Shown here in pieces: positions 13,860 through 15,907 of a stretch of DNA of 15,907 bases. The notes below the pieces were generated by a model, which made no database searches, was not told the DNA's origin, and was given only the letters and a program-made list of their open reading frames with translations. The stretch covers positions 1 to 15,907 of the forward strand of contig JAYOYH010000063.1 of NCBI GenBank assembly GCA_038153405.1, given 5' to 3'. Both the position numbers and the translations under genes were made by a program. Within the stretch, counting starts at the first letter, position 1. Each line of letters opens with the position of its first letter. Source of the DNA: Gemmatimonadota bacterium (GTDB lineage Bacteria; Latescibacterota; UBA2968; UBA8231).

Positions 13860-15907
13860 TTACCTCACCACAGCGACGGTTTTCTCGCGGCGCACGTCGC
13901 CGGCATTGACGACCACGATATAGAGACCGCTCGACACGGCCCGACGATCTTCGTCGAGCCCGTTCCACTTGAGCGATATGCGACCCGGCGCCATCGGCTC
14001 ATCGCGAACGACGACGCGCTCCAACTTGCCGGCGCTGTTGTACACGCGCACCGTCACGTCGGCCGGACCGCTCAAATCAAACGAGATATCGGTTTCGCCG
14101 CGCAGCGTGGCGCTGCCGGGTGCAAAGGCGCGCGGCTGGCAGTCGAGGTCGCGAATTGCCAAATCGCCAACAGCCGTCGATAAGTCTTCAAAAATAGCGA
14201 AAGTGCCCAACTGATCGACCGCCGTGCGCACCACGTTGGCCTGCGGATCAACGCTGCCGCCGATGCGCAACCACTGGCCGCTCTCGTCGGAGCGGAAGAT
14301 GGCCAGATGCGCAGGATCGCGATCGCCCAACTCTTCGGCGCTGTAGTGCATCGTCAGCGTGGCGCGTTTGGCCAGCGCGCCGACCTGTGCCCGCACGGAA
14401 TAGGCCGCCGTTACCTGCGTCGTCTCTTGGGCGAGCTTACCCACCCCAGCCGCGATCCGGCGAATGGCGATTTCACTGCTGCCAGCCGGCAGGGCGTTGG
14501 GCGGAAAGTAGAGCTCGAGCGTGCCGCTGGCATTCTTCACGTTTCCGCCCTGGCGCGCGTCGGCGAGGCTGGTCGCCGTGCGAAAGCTCCAGCTGTAGCC
14601 CTGCGTTGCCAGTTCGCCAAGAACCTGTGCATCCATCGAGATCGTATACTCAGTGAACGGCTTTAACCCACCGGCGATCGAGAAGCTGATAACCGCACCC
14701 GTTGAATCGGCGCCAAAACCCGTCAACGTCACCACCTCGGACGCGGCAGCTGAATCGGCCAACGAGCGCGCCGAAATCTGGAAGTCACGCGCCAACTGCC
14801 GGGCAACGGGCGCCGAAAAGGCGATCTGCACGTTGGACGAAGCCAGGCCGATGCCCTCTTCCCCGTTGGACGGCGTCGTTCCGACGACGCGCGGCACTTC
14901 GGTGGTAAAGGACCAGTTGAGATCTTCAAGGCCAATGGCCGATGCCAGCGGGCCGCTGGCCAACGCCTGCGCGCTGGCGCTATACGCCGCACCGGAGCGC
15001 AGTTCAACGCTGGGAAAGCTGACGGTAAAGGTCTGCGGATCGTAGGAAAACTCGTCGCTGGCCAGCGGAATCAGTGCCCCTCCGCGACGCAAGCGAAAAT
15101 TCTGGTTGTTGATCAGCGCCGGATCGAGCGGGCCAGAAAAAATCACCTGCAGGCGCTGAGGACCCGGCGGCACGGTAGCCTCTGCGGCGGGTCTGGTCGC
15201 CACGGGGCTAGGCACGCGCGTGGCAAAATCCCAATTGTAAGCGGCGCCGTCGCCCTGCAGCGGACCGCCAATATCCGAAGACAAGCGCACCGAGTAGGCA
15301 CTGCCCGGCTTAAGCCCTTCGCTGGCATTAAAGCTCAGCACGCTGTTGCCCGGGTCAAAGGCCGGAGTTGTAATGGGAATGGCAATACCACCCTGCAACA
15401 GCACGACGGCCCCCTCGCTGCGCAGCGCTTCTTCATCGATTGATCCGTCGAACTGAGCGCTAATCGCAGTACCCATATCAATCACAGTCGTATCGCTCGA
15501 TGTCGGCGCGGTCCCCTCTAACACCGGCACGGCCGAGCTAAAACTAATTGTCTGCACCTGACCCGAGCCCAGCGGACCGCTGACGCTGGGCGCAATCTGC
15601 AGCTCGTAGCGCGTACCTACGCGCCAGCCGCCGGCCGGTGCAATCCCATACAGGTTATCTCCGCGCGAAACCGGATCGCCGGCGCGCACTTCGACGGCCT
15701 GGCCAAACGCACTCAGCACAAAGCTCGACGTATTCAACTCGTCCGAATCGACCGGCGCGCTAAACTGCAGCGTCAGCTCTTCGAAATCCACGCCAACCGA
15801 CGCCGAGCCGCTGGCCGGCGCGCTTCCTTCCAACACCGGCACCACTGTGCTGAAACTAATTGTCTGCACCTGACCCGAGCCCAGCGGACCGCTGACGCTG
15901 GGCGCAA
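13860..15907 (-). CDS. Large surface protein, 5'-partial: tandem bacterial Ig-like (Big_5/SbsA-type) domains, a ZU5-like domain and a FlgD-Ig/T9SS-like C-terminal domain
   Basis: The frame is open to the window edge (APSVSGPLGSGQVQ...), so the 'start' at 15869 is an internal GTG. Four complete approx. 105-aa units (VP....T.P...F...D...L..G..Y...GPL...W.F.T); a ZU5-like segment (GG.V...L.FPPNAL...L.IF...W...V.....GTFAIF); and the C-terminus VRVYNSAGKL...KWNGLDEDRRAVSSGLYIVVV...KTVAVVR. Confidence 0.85.
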   Translation of the reverse strand, partial: APSVSGPLGSGQVQTISFSTVVPVLEGSAPASGSASVGVDFEELTLQFSAPVDSDELNTSSFVLSAFGQAVEVRAGDPVSRGDNLYGIAPAGGWRVGTRYELQIAPSVSGPLGSGQVQTISFSSAVPVLEGTAPTSSDTTVIDMGTAISAQFDGSIDEEALRSEGAVVLLQGGIAIPITTPAFDPGNSVLSFNASEGLKPGSAYSVRLSSDIGGPLQGDGAAYNWDFATRVPSPVATRPAAEATVPPGPQRLQVIFSGPLDPALINNQNFRLRRGGALIPLASDEFSYDPQTFTVSFPSVELRSGAAYSASAQALASGPLASAIGLEDLNWSFTTEVPRVVGTTPSNGEEGIGLASSNVQIAFSAPVARQLARDFQISARSLADSAAASEVVTLTGFGADSTGAVISFSIAGGLKPFTEYTISMDAQVLGELATQGYSWSFRTATSLADARQGGNVKNASGTLELYFPPNALPAGSSEIAIRRIAAGVGKLAQETTQVTAAYSVRAQVGALAKRATLTMHYSAEELGDRDPAHLAIFRSDESGQWLRIGGSVDPQANVVRTAVDQLGTFAIFEDLSTAVGDLAIRDLDCQPRAFAPGSATLRGETDISFDLSGPADVTVRVYNSAGKLERVVVRDEPMAPGRISLKWNGLDEDRRAVSSGLYIVVVNAGDVRREKTVAVVR
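15541..15907. repeat. 55-bp exact direct repeat (15541-15595 and 15853-15907), period 312 nt
   Basis: AAACTAATTGTCTGCACCTGACCCGAGCCCAGCGGACCGCTGACGCTGGGCGCAA occurs twice, with partial identity extending leftward (AACACCGGCAC). The second copy is cut by the window end. Confidence 0.95.

Noticed and set aside
17..15045. Numerous plus-strand and nested ORFs (e.g. 2087-2851, 6100-6657, 10692-11555)
   Set aside because: They are antisense or off-frame shadows of well-supported genes in GC-rich DNA, with no recognisable motifs.
15867..15869. Start codon of the 669-aa ORF
   Set aside because: It is an internal GTG (Val) within a repeated Ig unit. The frame stays open to the window end and there is no signal peptide.

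Overview
Bacterial genomic window in which every credible gene lies on the minus strand. The left half (1-5757) is mostly housekeeping: a partial tRNA-Arg(ACG) with a clear sigma70 promoter, a hybrid HAMP histidine kinase-receiver, and a tightly coupled cpoB-like / hypothetical / bamD / nadD / thrC run. The right half (5818-15907) is an apparent cell-envelope and cAMP signalling cassette. In transcription order it holds: (1) a large, 5'-truncated surface protein with Ig repeats, a ZU5-like domain and a FlgD-Ig/T9SS-type C-terminal domain; (2) a secreted 7-bladed FG-GAP propeller; (3) a 1015-aa fusion of a PorV/PorQ-like beta-barrel, a transglutaminase-like Cys-His-Glu domain and three 114-aa TPR super-repeats; (4) a small secreted TPR protein with an AGVRG motif, preceded by a CRP-like box; (5) a CHASE2 class IIIb adenylate cyclase with a large insertion in its sensor. 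The PorV-like barrel and FlgD-type C-terminal domain suggest an FCB-superphylum organism, for example Latescibacterota-like (inference only). The best candidate for an undescribed system is this barrel-transglutaminase-TPR / adhesin / cyclase module. All domain calls come from reading motifs by eye; no database searches were run.
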